64,000 bases of DNA from assembly GCF_018350175.1 (NCBI RefSeq), contig NC_058384.1, positions 63,612,001 through 63,676,000 of the forward strand. Reading direction: 5' to 3'. A program made the position numbers and the translations under genes. Of the stretch, positions 21,067 to 42,274 are shown piece by piece. Positions within the stretch are counted from its first letter, which is position 1. Each line of letters begins with the position of its first letter. Origin of the DNA: Felis catus. Its lineage: Eukaryota. The notes beneath the pieces were generated by a model. It saw only the letters and a program-made list of their open reading frames with translations, had not been told where the DNA came from and did not search any database.

Positions 21067-22436
21067 ATGAAGCTGCTGGCAATGGCTGTGCTACTCCTCA
21101 CCGTCTGTAGCCTTGAAGGTGGGTGTGGTACAGAGAGGGGTCCCAAAGAAGGAGAAGGTGCTGGGGGTCGTAGCTACCCATCTGGCTGCGCTCCTATGCC
21201 CCGCTCTAGCCACCAGAGAGCTCAAAAGATAGATCGTTCCCCCTCTAAAGCTCCCGAGCTGGGTACCTGTTTGGGGAGGGGCCTGAGAGCTCCTTGATGG
21301 GTATCCAGCTAAGAAGGTATGTGCGCGTGCGTGTGTTTCCGTGCGTGCAGGGGCTTTGGTGAGGAGACAGGCGGAGGAGCTGAGTCTACAGAGACTGGTC
21401 TCTCAGTACTTCCAGACGGTGACTGACTACGGCAAGGACCTGGTGGAGAAGGCCAAGGGCCCAGAGCTTCAGGCCCAGGCAAAGTAAGTTTCAGTGAAAA
21501 AGGTTCAGGGGACACCTGGGCGAACGGAGAGCATGCAAGTCTTGGTCCCTGGATTGTGAGTTCAGGCCCCACATTGGGTGTAGAGATTGCNNNNNNNNNN
21601 NNNNNNNNNNNNNNNNNNNNNNNNNNNNNNNNNNNNNNNNNNNNNNNNNNNNNNNNNNNNNNNNNNNNNNNNNNNNNNNNNNNNNNNNNNNNNNNNNNNN
21701 NNNNNNNNNNNNNNNNNNNNNNNNNNNNNNNNNNNNNNNNNNNNNNNNNNNNTGGTGGTCAGGAACCAGGGAGCTGTAGAGAGAAAGAAGGGAAGATCAA
21801 AGGTTGCACAGAAGACTGAGCTCAAGGGTGGGGGTTAGGGAGGATTAATTTTTTGTTTTGTTTACTGTTTATTTATTTTTGAGAGAGAGACAGAGTGCGA
21901 GCAGGGGAGGAGCAGAGAGAGAGGGAGACACGGAATCCGAAGCAGCTCCAGGCTCCGAGCTGTCAGCACAGAGCCCGACGTGGGGCTCGAACTCACGGAC
22001 TGTGAGATCACGACCCGAGCCAAAGTCAGATGCTTAACCAACTGAGCCCCCCAGGCGCCCCAGGGAGGAGGGGGTTTACGTGGGACAGAAAGATTCCTTC
22101 ACCACCGCATAGGTCCCGTGGACCTCTTGGACAGGCTTTGAATGTCAATCTCTAGGGTCTGTTCCTCTGCCCAGGGGAGGGCTTGTCTCTCCTCCTCCGA
22201 GTGTGGTGGTCATGACAGGATGGACCAGGCACTAAAGTCTGGGGAGCTGGGTCTCATCTCCCACCACCCACAAGGCCCCTGGTCTCTCACACTGACCTCT
22301 AATCCTCCGAATACACAGGGCTTACTTCGAGAAGACCCAGGAGCAGTTAACTCCCCTGGTCAAGAAGGCTGGAACTGACCTGATTAACTTCTTGAACAGC
22401 TTCATGGACCTGAAAACACAGCCTGCCACCCAGTGA
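21067..22436 (+). CDS. APOA2: Apolipoprotein A-II preproprotein, 100 aa
   Basis: Exons 21067-21118, 21351-21483, 22319-22436 total 303 nt; [64 protein letters not shown]; AATAAA 22532-22537. Confidence 0.97.
21507..21590 (+). mobile_element. Short tRNA-derived SINE running into an N gap
   Basis: gagcatgcaagtcttggtcc..gtgagttcaggccccacattgggtgtagagattgc. Confidence 0.7.
21846..22061 (-). mobile_element. Can-SINE in APOA2 intron 3
   Basis: Full reverse copy; TSD agggagga. Confidence 0.88.
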
Positions 22437-24807
22437 GGTGTCCAGACCGCTGTCCTCCACCCCCAGCTGGGCCCTGGAACTCCCACTGGCCAGGCCTAGA
22501 GCCCTCTCCCAACCCGCCCCTTCTTTTCTGCAATAAATATTGAAGGGGTCAGGTGCGAGCCTGGTGCTTTGGGAGACGGGGAATCGGTGAGGGGAGAACA
22601 GAGAGAGGGGCTCCCACTGGGAGAGGGGCTCGGTGAGAGGAGAGGAGGGCTGAAGAGACAAAAGAGGGAGACAAAGGGCGGGGCGGGGGGGGGCGGGGGA
22701 GGAGCTCTGTCTGGGATTCTTCTGCCCACAAGCCTGGGAACTGCTTTGCAGCGGACAGAAGAGCCTCTGCATTGCACAAGGGACGGTGAAAGGCAGGCCA
22801 GGTTCACAAACTGAGTCCCTAGACTCCTGGCGGTCACAGGCAAAGAGGGCACTTGCCCCCCTACCCTGCCCCCGCCAGAACTGCCTCCTGACCATTCTAT
22901 GAAGAGGAGACGGCTTCCCAAAAATGAACCCAAGACCCTCCCTTCCCTTCTCAGCCAGGGGAATACTCCTGCAGAAAATACTTGTATTCACTCCCCTGCC
23001 CCCCAAAGTGCTCCAATCCTTCCGCTGAAAATCTCTCACCTAGACCCCCTGTCTGGGGAACAGCCCTTCCGAACCCCTCCCCCACTATTACCCGGGTGCT
23101 GTTCACAGAACTGGCCAGGTAGCCAGAACTGAAACTAGCAGACAGGATAGCCAGCTAAGGTCTCCTGGATCAAATCAAAATGGGGTGGAAATCAGGCCGG
23201 GCCGACGGGGGCCACTCACACACCAGAATGCAGGGCAACGAAAAGTAGGCACGTTCCCATAAAAGTTCGCTCCCACTTTGCGTGTAAAACAGTTACCTTC
23301 CGGCCGTGGCTCATTTCTCGTATCTCCTCTGAGATCACGGTTTCCCCAGACGCCCACGCTGGCTCCACGTTCTTTTGCGGATTGATCAGCCTTTTCAGTC
23401 TGGCCTTCGAGGCCCTCACCACTCATGGTTATTTTCCTCCCTCTCTTTCCCAGTTTCTGGTGTTTTCTCACGGGGTAAGATGTGTGGGGACAAAGAGGTC
23501 TCAGTCTGTCACTTGCAGGATGACCTCGGACAGGTTAATTACCTTCAAAGAGCCTGAACCCCCTCCCTGCCCCCCCCCCCCCCACCGGGTTACTGACCAG
23601 ATCAAATACTACAAGCAAGCTGGGAAACACTCTCAACAGGGTGAGTCGCTGCGTGGTGCACAGTCTTCCCCAACACGGGGAGTGCCAGGGGTAGTCCTAC
23701 TCTGACAGGGCTTCCGGGTCACAGGTAGGAGTGGCAGCATCTGGTGGGATTCAGACACCACAGGAAATCCTGCCCTCCTGGGACAGCCACAAGCAGGACG
23801 GGGACTGACAAGGGTGAAGCCCCGGCCACCCACCTACGTGCTCGGAGGAGCTGCCCTCCCCCCATCTAGACCCAATTTGCTCCCCTTTGCTTCACCCACC
23901 CGCACCCCCGGCCCGGCCCTCTGAGGTCCCTCTTGCCCCAGACGCGCCGAAAACCCACTGTTCCCGTGAAACCTTCCAAGGTTCTGTCACACCATTATCC
24001 TGCATGTTTGGTTTTGGCTTTTCAGCCATGCCACTGCCCACGTATGTGTGCATTGTGGGTTGTCCCCACGCTGTTCCCTGAAGCCCACTCCGATCTGGGG
24101 GGAGGGGGGTGGCGGGGGGAGGGTTGGACAGCCAGGCTTCTCCACGACCTGACCTTGGTTCAGTTGCCAGACACGGAAAGCCAAGCTGGGTGCGGGCGTC
24201 GTTTCTTGGGTTCCAATGTTTCTAAATGGGCCCAGACTCCCAACACTTCACTTCCTGTTCGAGCTCCGCGCCAGAGAACCTGGGGCCGGGGGTCTCATTC
24301 CTGCCCACCCCCCGGCCTCGGCCTCAGCCGCCACAGTCAGCTTTCGTCCCTTTGACCAGGCAAGGGTCAGCCTGATGTCTGTTGGATTGTGAGCTCTGTA
24401 AGGTCAGGGGCTGTTTACTTAAAAATGGTATCTTCAGAACCCAGCCTAGTGCCCAGTGGAGGCTGAATAAATACGTGGTAAATGAACGAATAGGGTCCAG
24501 TCTGTGGCGGCTTTATTGGTGGTCCTCTCTTGTCATTGTCGAGGGGGGGTTGGAGACGGGAAAGAGAAGGGGGAGGAAAGGAGGGGAGGCGAAAATATAA
24601 ACGTTCATGACTAGCATCTGAGCACAGGTCTTCGACGGGGAGGAAGAACCAGTGTGCACATTAACCTGGGGGGGGGGGGGGGGGGCGGGCATAGCATCAT
24701 CGCAGAGACGGGGTCAGCTGGCATGAATGGGAGGCATGTGTGACGCCGACCATGAGGGCTAGGAGAACAGGCGCGGAAGGATGCGGCCAAGGGCATCTGT
24801 CCTAAAG

Positions 24808-27800
24808 TTACTGGGGTGGTTTCTCATGCTTCAGGGTCTCATAAGTCTCCTGGTTCCGGGTGCTCAGGCCCTGGGGTCGGAGGTCAGAGGATGGTCAGGG
24901 CTCCCACCCACCCCCACAGACCCCGTGTCTTCCAACAGTCACACAAAATCCCACCCTCTTCTGCCGACTTCCCGGGGCTGGGGTGGAGGGAGACAGGGTC
25001 ACTCACCGTGTAAATGCCATCTGATTTCTGCGGAGGCAAAAGGGGCAAAGGCATTAGAGACCCGCCCCCTCCTTCAGGGTCCCGCGGCAGCGTTGTCCCC
25101 TCCCGGGGAGGTGGCAGGCCCCCGGGGCGGGAGGGTCCTCGCAGCGACACTCCAGGGCAGGAACGCCACGTGCCCACATGGCCACCAACGCACGTAACAC
25201 ACCACATCCAACCCGCCCGTGCTCATGGTCACTCTCCACATGACCCTCCCTTGTCACCCGCCGAATATTCCACTCGTGACTTGGCTAGGGATGGGGTGTG
25301 GGGGCGGGGGGCTCTGAAGCTCGTGCCGGTCGGCACCCAAGACTCACGCCCTCCCGGAGGCCGCGGACCCCGAGGCCGAGAGGCCGTCAAACCGACCCCC
25401 ACGCGTGGAAGGGTCCATACCTCATAGCTGGCTATCGCCGCCTTCCGCACCTGGATCTGGAGTGGGGGAAAGGTAATCAGTAATGGCGGAGTTAGTGGCC
25501 CAACCCCCTCCCTCCTAACTTCGTGGGGAGCCCCTGTCATTCCCACTCCTCAAAGCCCTCCTGCTCGGCCGGCCCTCCCATGCCTCTTGCCAGCCCTCTC
25601 CCCGCTCCGAGCCTCCCCCAGCCTTACCTTGAGGCGGCAGTAGAGCAGGGTGAGGACTATACCATACAAGAACAGGATGGCATCCAAGATATAGCAGAGC
25701 TGAGGCTCTCCCAGGGCGGCTGAGGGGATAGAGGGGGCCCGAGGGGTCGGGGCATCAGGGAAGATCTGGCGTCCAGGGGACAGAAGGGAAAGGGCTCCGG
25801 CGGGTAGGACGGGGCCTGGCGGGGAGGCTCCGAGGAGAGAGACACTGGAGCTTCCTCTCTGGATCCTATTCCTCTCGGCTTACCCTCTTCTCCCTCGCAC
25901 TAGGGCAGGGCTAGGACAGGAAGCACGGAGGGCACCACTTCGATGGCGCCCTACAGGTAGGTGCCAAGAGCCGAGCCCCCTGGGTTCGCGCTGTCGGCTC
26001 CTCAGGCGCCACTGAGCACTTCACAGCCCTCAAGGGACTTATCTGAGTTCACTGTGCTGAGACCGAAACCTCAGCCCAGAGGGGCAGGGTGACGGACAGG
26101 CGGTGACAAATTTCACTGAAGAAACCACAGGAGTGTCTCTGTTGAGTCCTGTGACCTGTGGCTGAGGGCTGGACAGGAAGGATGTGAGCCGGGGAAGGGA
26201 GGGAAGGCAGCTATTGGTTATCCCTGAGCCCCAGCCTCATCACCCTCGGGCCCACTGCAAGACACGTCGAAGTGGAAAAACAGGTGTCTGCTCTCCTAGG
26301 CCTCACAGATCCCGATGGCTCTGCGCACGGCCGGGAGAGCGTCTCAGCCCAGCCTCGGCGGGATGACTGCAGGCTGGATTCCGCGTCCGGACACTCTGCC
26401 CTGTTACTCACTCACCCTGGGCCGCGGAGAGAGGAAGTTTTGTGCAATCAAAAAAAAAAAAAAAAAAATCAAACAGCGGGGCGCCTGGGTGGCTCAGTCA
26501 CTTAAGCCTCCGACTCTTGATTTCGGCTCAGGTCACGGTCTCGCGGTTGGGGAGTTTGAGCCCTACAAGGGGCTCCGTGCTGGTGGTGGGGAACCTGCTT
26601 GGGTTTTTTCTCTCTCTCAAAATAAATACAGAAACTTAAAACAAAAATCAAACAAGGGTGGGGGGGCGCCTGGGTGGCTCGGTCGGTTAAGCGTCTGACT
26701 TCAGCTTGGGTCATGACCTCAAGGTTCGCAGGTTCGCACCCGGTGTCGGGGTGTGCTGACTGCTCGGAGCCTGAAGCCCGCTTCGGATTCTGTGTCTCCC
26801 TCTCTCTCTGCCCCTCCCTTGCTCATGCTCTGTGTGTCTCCCTCTCTCAAAAATACATAATAAAAACTTAAAAGAAACAAATAGGGTCTGAGCACCAGCC
26901 CCCGTCTGCCCTCAGCCCCTATCTGAAGGGCTGGTGGGCACACGAGTGAGGTCAGTGGAGTAATTTCTATGCCCTGACGCGCTTTCACGCAATACCGCCT
27001 AAATCTCAAAACTACCCCGTCGGGGGGGGGGGGGGGGAGAGACACTGTGGTTGCCATTTTACGAATGAAGAAACTGAGGCTGGGGAGAGCTAAGTTAACT
27101 CCTGGAGGGCCAGAGGATGAAGGGAGAGAGCTAGAGCTCAACTCCAGGCTCTCTGCTGTCAGAGCTCGTGCCCCTCCCTCTGCCTCAGTGCCCCTGCTCC
27201 GTTCTTGCCTCACGGCGGCATGCTGGCAGTCACGGAATCCCTCCCTCCCTCTGCTGCACAGGGGCGCTGCTGGACCCCCCCCCAATCTTTCAATGTCCCA
27301 TCTCCCTGACGTTTCACTCACCCGCTCCTCCCCAAGCCTCAGTGGCAACCCTCTTCACAAACCATACACACGGGCGGCCCAAAGCGAGCGAGGGGTGGCG
27401 GATCAAGAAACTGAGTGACAAGGTCTGGGTGGCTCGGTCGGTTGAGTGTCCGACTTCGGCTCAGGTCAGGACCTCACAGTTTGTGAGTTCGAGCCCCGCG
27501 TCGGGTTCTGTGCCGACAGCTCAGAGCCTGGAGCCTGTTTCAGATTCTGTGTCTCCCTCTCTCTCTCTGCCCCTCCCTTGCTCACACTCTGTCTCTGTCT
27601 CTCAANNNNNNNNNNNNNNNNNNNNNNNNNNNNNNNNNNNNNNNNNNNNNNNNNNNNNNNNNNNNNNNNNNNNNNNNNNNNNNNNNNNNNNNNNNNNNNN
27701 NNNNNNNNNNNNNNNNNNNNNNNNNNNNNNNNNNNNNNNNNNNNNNNNNNNNNNNNNNNNACCTAGAGCTGCTGAGAACTCCCCACATCTGCCCCCATCT

Positions 27801-28395
27801 CTTGGCTGGTGCTCAGGCCTCCAGAGCCGGGCATCGAGTGCTGCCCACACTCATGGCGGCTGTTGGCAGAATGGTCTACGCCGGAGATGGCCCACGGAGG
27901 CAGAACACGGGTCTATTTTGGTTGTCCTTGCCTCACTCCCAAGCCTAAGGACGGGCTCCCGCCTTCCTGAAGGGGCTCTGTCAGTATCGTTAACCAGCTA
28001 GAGATCACCTCCCGGCGGACCGGCCCAAAGACACCACACAGGAAATGCTGATCATGGGGAAGGGAGCTTCTCCCCAGACCGGCCCTACATCACACAACCA
28101 TTCCCTGCCACACTGAAGCCTTGCCCGCTATCGATCCCGAAGAAGTCCAGACCACAAGGGAGGGAACCAGGACTCTCGCACCCCGATGGGGACCCGACGG
28201 GACCAGCCTCAAGGTCTCGGTGTCCGTCTGAGCCCCGTGCCCACCTGCCCGCCGCCAGCCCCCCTCTGCCCCGGCCTCGGCCCCCAGACGCGTGCCCTTG
28301 ACTCCCAGCCCGGAGCCCGGCTCTCGGCCGCACTAAACCCGCTCACCTGCTTGTTCCACTGAAAGGAGGACGATCAAGAGCACAGCTGGAATCAT
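24808..28395 (-). CDS. FCER1G: High-affinity IgE receptor gamma chain (FcR-gamma), 86 aa
   Basis: Exons 28395-28347, 25719-25628, 25456-25421, 25027-25007, 24870-24808 total 261 nt; [23 protein letters not shown]; [22 protein letters not shown]; AATAAA on minus strand 24512-24517. Confidence 0.97.
26477..26870 (+). mobile_element. Two tandem Can-SINEs (about 26477-26644 and 26661-26870) in FCER1G intron 1
   Basis: Two ggggcgcctgggtggctc heads, each followed by a CT tract and A tail. Confidence 0.88.
27425..27605 (+). mobile_element. Can-SINE ending in an N gap
   Basis: ctgggtggctcggtcggttgagtgtccgacttcggctcagg.. Confidence 0.85.
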
Positions 28396-28439
28396 CTTGG
28401 GCCGGAGCTGAAGGGCGGCGAGCCGGGGATCGGACGCGC

Positions 28440-28545
28440 TGCCAGCACTGTGCAGCTGTGCTCAGCGAGTGGCTCCCTGACCACAGAGTTCCCCCCTTCC
28501 TGCCCCGCCTTCCCCCAGCTTCGGCCCCTTCCCCTTCCTGCATTA
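28440..28545 (-). promoter_or_regulatory. FCER1G proximal promoter (ETS and GC boxes)
   Basis: Minus strand caggaaggggaagggg and ggaaggcggggcaggaagg just upstream of exon 1; no TATA. Confidence 0.55.
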
Positions 28546-29213
28546 GAGCCCGGGCGGCTCCCGGAAGGGCCAACGGAGGGAGCTCGATACGGGCTCTCGC
28601 GCCTCAGGCCTTCAGCGACCGGGCCCCTGCCACCAGGGGAAAGGGGGACTCCCGCGCTTGAGAAAGACCGCGTCCACCCGCCGTCACCCCCGCCCTGTTC
28701 AGATACATCTGGAATAAACCGTCCCTTCAAATTCCCTGGGAGCCCACCACAGCCCTTTCGCTTGCACACGACGCTTGACCCAGGACTTGGGCAGAGGCAG
28801 AGGGGTTTACCAGTTTGTGTAGGCAGCGAATTCTGGGCAGGGGGGAACCGAGGGGAAAAGAGGAAACGGGGAATGGAGAAGTGGGAAGGACAAGAGTCAG
28901 AGAAGGGGGTGGCGAGGAACAGGAAAGACTGCCAAGAACCGAGTCTCAGAGAGAAGAGCAGGGTTAATTAATTAACATTCTTGAGTTTCCTAGCAAAGTG
29001 AAAGGCAGTAAGATACTGAGGAAGACAGGTGGGCACAGGGGCCGGAAGGCGGCTTATTTATTATAATTTCTCCTTTTCTGGTACATGCACGGAAAGCCTG
29101 ACAGCTAAATGTTCACGCACGTGTACACACACACACACAGAGTCCCTTTCCAGAGATGGCCAGGCTCCGAGGAGGAAGCAGACCGGCAGGGAGATCAAAC
29201 GCTGTTCCCCTGC

Positions 29214-38554
<9,341 letters not shown>

Positions 38555-40202
38555 CTTGCCCCGCCGCGGACTGCGGGAAGGAGAACGGGCGGAAGTGCTT
38601 CCTGCGCGCCGCCTCGCGGGCTTCCCGCCCATTGGCGCCACGGGGCCGCCCTCTTGGAAGCTGGCAGGGTCGCGGGCGCCCGCCGACTACATCCGGGTTC
38701 GGCGCCAGGGCTTCACTTTCGCTCTCAGAGCGGCGGCGGGGCGCGGTTCACCTGGACGCTCGTGGCTGACTCGCCGAGGCGGGAGCCGGAGCAGCTTGCG
38801 GCCCCCGCGGGACCCTCTGTGTGTGCCCTGCCGCCCGCCCGGCTCTCCCTCGCTCTCCGCCCGCCCGGGTGCTTCCCTGCGCCCCGCCGGGGCCGCCCCC
38901 TGCCCGAGCCCCGCTCCCGATGGCGGCTTCCGAGCCCGGCCCTCCCGGGGCAGCGCCAGGCTTTGCCAAGAGACTCGGAGCGGGGAAAGCCAGCTCGTTT
39001 CCAGACGGCCTGAGTGGGTTAGGGAAGAGGGGGCCCAAGCGGGGCTGGGCGGGCCCGAGAGCTCCCGCCAAACCCAAATGAAAAACGAGGAGGGCGCCAA
39101 GGCCACCAGCACTGGAGTGGGCTGCTGGGTGTGGAGGAGCCACCTCGGCCAAGAGGCGGGGAGGCCCCCTGTGGGTGACCCTGATGTCTGCCAGGCTTCC
39201 AGAAGCTGCAGAATGGCAGACCCAGGAAGCGACCTGAGAGATGCCTCACACCCCACTTCCCTGGGGGTCAGCCCTTTTTCCCTCCGGTCTTTCCGACCCC
39301 GCCTTAGTCCTGGCCCCTGGCGACGGCGTAGAGATGTAGTACCACCGGGAGTCCGATCCCAGTCCCGTATGGAACAGACAAAGCGTTTTGCAGCCTTGGG
39401 GGCCGGTTCTGCTCTCTCCTTGTGCCTCCAAACCCAGCTCCCGCTGGGCCACCCGCTGAGTTTGCACATCCCTCCCACTCTGAGCCTGGAAAGAGGCCTT
39501 CCCCAAATCTCTCCCCCTCCCCGCACCAGGGTCCCTGAGAGCCCACCAGCAGTGCAGCAGGGTGGGGCCGACGGACCAGGAAAGTGGCAGAGGCAGGGAA
39601 TTCTTAGCTGTGGAGAAAGAGAGGAAAGCCAGACTTCTAGCCTGGGAGTTGACCTAATGGGAACCATACCAAAGGGTGGGGCCACATCCCTGGCTGTGGG
39701 AACTGACTGGGCCCGGCCCCGGGGTGGACTGGGCAGCCAGGCAGAGGCTCTGCCTCCCTCGTCCCCCCCACCCTTTCCCTGGGCCTTCTCTTCCCCTGTA
39801 GTTGGACACAGTGAATGTGTTGGGGGGGAACTGCATTTCTTTACCCTAATCCAGCCCCAGGAGAAGTCAGGGTCGAGTCTGGGCTGCTTGGCTTGGAGGC
39901 AACTTGAGCTGGCACCGGGGTGAGGGCTCCTGGGGGGCTACCTAGGACACTACATCTTTTGTGCCCTCTCCCTGCGGCTGACACCCCCACACGCTGCTGC
40001 TCTGATTCTGAGGCCCTTTGTCTTTCATTGCTTAGTCACCCCCTTTGTCCTCATCTCAGATGGGGGGTGGAAAGGGGCAGTAAGAGTCCTCTGGTGATGG
40101 CTCCTCTTGCCCCTGCCCCCTCTGGTCTCCTGTCCTTTGTCTGACTCCTGCAGCCCCAACCCCCTCCAGAGTTAGGGCCAGAGTCAGGGCATGTGGTGGG
40201 TG

Positions 40203-40273
40203 ACCAGGGCAGGTATTAGTGACCTGAGCAGGAAGTGGGCACCAGGGCAGGTATTAGTGACCTGAGCAGGAAG
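40203..40273. repeat. Perfect 33-bp direct repeat, period 38
   Basis: accagggcaggtattagtgacctgagcaggaag at 40203-40235 and 40241-40273. Confidence 0.95.
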
Positions 40274-41679
40274 GGAGGGGGAAAGGAAGTGTTCTGGCGG
40301 ATATGATTTGGGAGACAGGAGGTGACAAGGCAGAGAGTGGATAGGGGTATGGGGGCAGGGGCAGGTGATCTGCCTCTGGGAAAGGAAAGGCATGGCTGAC
40401 TGCATTCTCTTTCCTGGGGATATCCTGGGGAAAGGAGTGGCCACAGCATGGGGTGGGCAGAAATTTTCCCTCCTGTACCCCTTGCTTCCTTGCCTCCCGA
40501 GTCCACCCCCCCCCCCAAGACCTCTTTGCTGAGTTCTCTCCCGTCTAGAACCACTTCCTTCTCCGAATACTGCCCCTTCCTCCCCAGGCACTCTCCCCAC
40601 CCCAGGCACTGGGTTCCTGTTCCTCTCAGTACCCTAATTTCCCTATACACACAGTCCTGCCTCCATCCTGTCCTGTCCGTGTCTCATGGGCAGTGAGAAA
40701 TGAAAGATCACTAGATATTCCGGGAACAGTTGTGTTCTCGGGGCAATGTGAGGCCAAAGGAGGGAGCCAGGTGGGGGGATTCCCTAGGATGGGTTGACTT
40801 TGGGTGCATCTGGGTTCCTGAGAGAGCAAGTCTTTCTGTGCTGGGGGCTGGCTGACTTGGGGCTGGGGGAGGGTTTTAGGGCAGTTGGGAGTGGGCAGGA
40901 ACAGGGCCAAGAGCCTGGGGGAAGCTACTGGGAGCTGGGCCAGGGAAATGGGGAGCCAGGAAGTGGGGAGGGGGAGCCCTGGGGGGAATGGAGGCGGAAT
41001 GGCTGTTCCGGGCTTTGGAGGGTGTGGGTAGTGGTAACTCAGGAACGGGGGAGCCCGAGGGAGAGAGGGAGTGTTAGAGAAGAGGAGGTGCCACCCTGGA
41101 TCCTCCTTCTATAAAAGGAAAAGTCGTTAACCCCTCCTGCCTTATCCTCTGCCTGCTCCACATGCCCATTCCAAGCCGACTCATCCTACCTTTGGGCAGT
41201 AAATTCCCTGATGGCTGTCTCCTTGCCTGCCCCATCTCCCGCCTGGCCGACCGGCCTCTCTCCCACTGTTTGTTCCCATCCTGAGCCAAAGGCCGGCCAC
41301 CTCCTTTGTTCTGCCCTCTCGGTGCTTCCTTACCTGTTGCCCACTGCCTTCCCCTGGGCAGTTCTCTCAGTTGCCTCAGCTCTGGAAAGCAGCCTCTGGG
41401 GGCAGAGGGCAGCTCATGAGGGAGCCCTGAGAAAAGGGAGGCCATGCCAGATGAGAGAGTGGGAGCGAGAATTCTCCCGGGACCGTGGCCTTTCTGTGCG
41501 TGTTGACCAGGCCCTTTCCCTGACTTCCTACCCCTCCTGGGGCTCTGTCCCACCAAAAAGGGAAAGAGACAGCTGAGAGCCGACTGTGGGGTTTGGGGAA
41601 AGGCTATGTCATCAGCTGGCCCGGTGCCTATGATCCATCCGGCTGCTAGAGATTCCCCTCCCCTGGGCAAGTCCCATTT

Positions 41680-41840
41680 TTTTTTTTTTAAAGGAAAACA
41701 AAAACTAGGATTTTTGGGAAGCAATGAGACACCCATCTGAGTTCCACCAACCAAGCTCCTGTCTGAATGGCTTATAGCTCAGCCAATCGCCGAAGCTCGG
41801 GATGCTTAAAAGAGCTGGCGCGCGGAGAGAGGCTGGGAAG
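41680..41840 (+). promoter_or_regulatory. ADAMTS4 core promoter
   Basis: NFAT-type GGAAAA 41693-41698, CCAAT 41783-41787, TATA-like TTAAAA 41806-41811, then a purine-rich leader with no ATG seen before 42275. Confidence 0.55.
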
Positions 41841-42274
41841 AACCCACAGGGAGACCCACAGACACATAGACCCGGGAGAGAGAGAGAGGAGGAGAGACAG
41901 AGACAAAGGCACAGCGGAAGGAGCCAGAGACAGGGCAGGCACAGAGGCAAAGCCAGACAGTCTGAGGGAGCCCAGAAGGAGAGGCCAGAGGAGCTAAAGA
42001 AGACACGGGCAGGGAGAGACAAAGACATAGCTAGGAGAGGAGGGGGTGTGAGAGGAGAGTTTGGGGGAAGCCAGGCCACTAGGCGCCTCTCCTAAGCCTA
42101 AGGGCCAAGTTTTCCCCGGCTCCTCTGACCGGCCCCGGCCCCTCTGAAAACTCTGCCTCTGACCTTGGCACAAGTCCGAGCCCCCAGGCTGCAGAGAGGA
42201 GCTTTTCAAAGCCAGGGCGGGGAGGACTTGGTGCCCAGACGGCCTCAATCCCTCCCGGCCGCGGCACCAGTGCC

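Noticed and set aside
23175-23471. Short minus-strand ORFs with a donor-like AAG|gtaact between APOA2 and FCER1G
   Set aside because: No recognisable protein similarity, acceptor or promoter; cannot support an exon from sequence alone.
38556-39923. 455-aa + strand ORF and 332-aa - strand ORF between NDUFS2 and ADAMTS4
   Set aside because: The + ORF starts at a non-ATG codon; neither shows a recognisable domain; both overlap a CpG island where stops are scarce.
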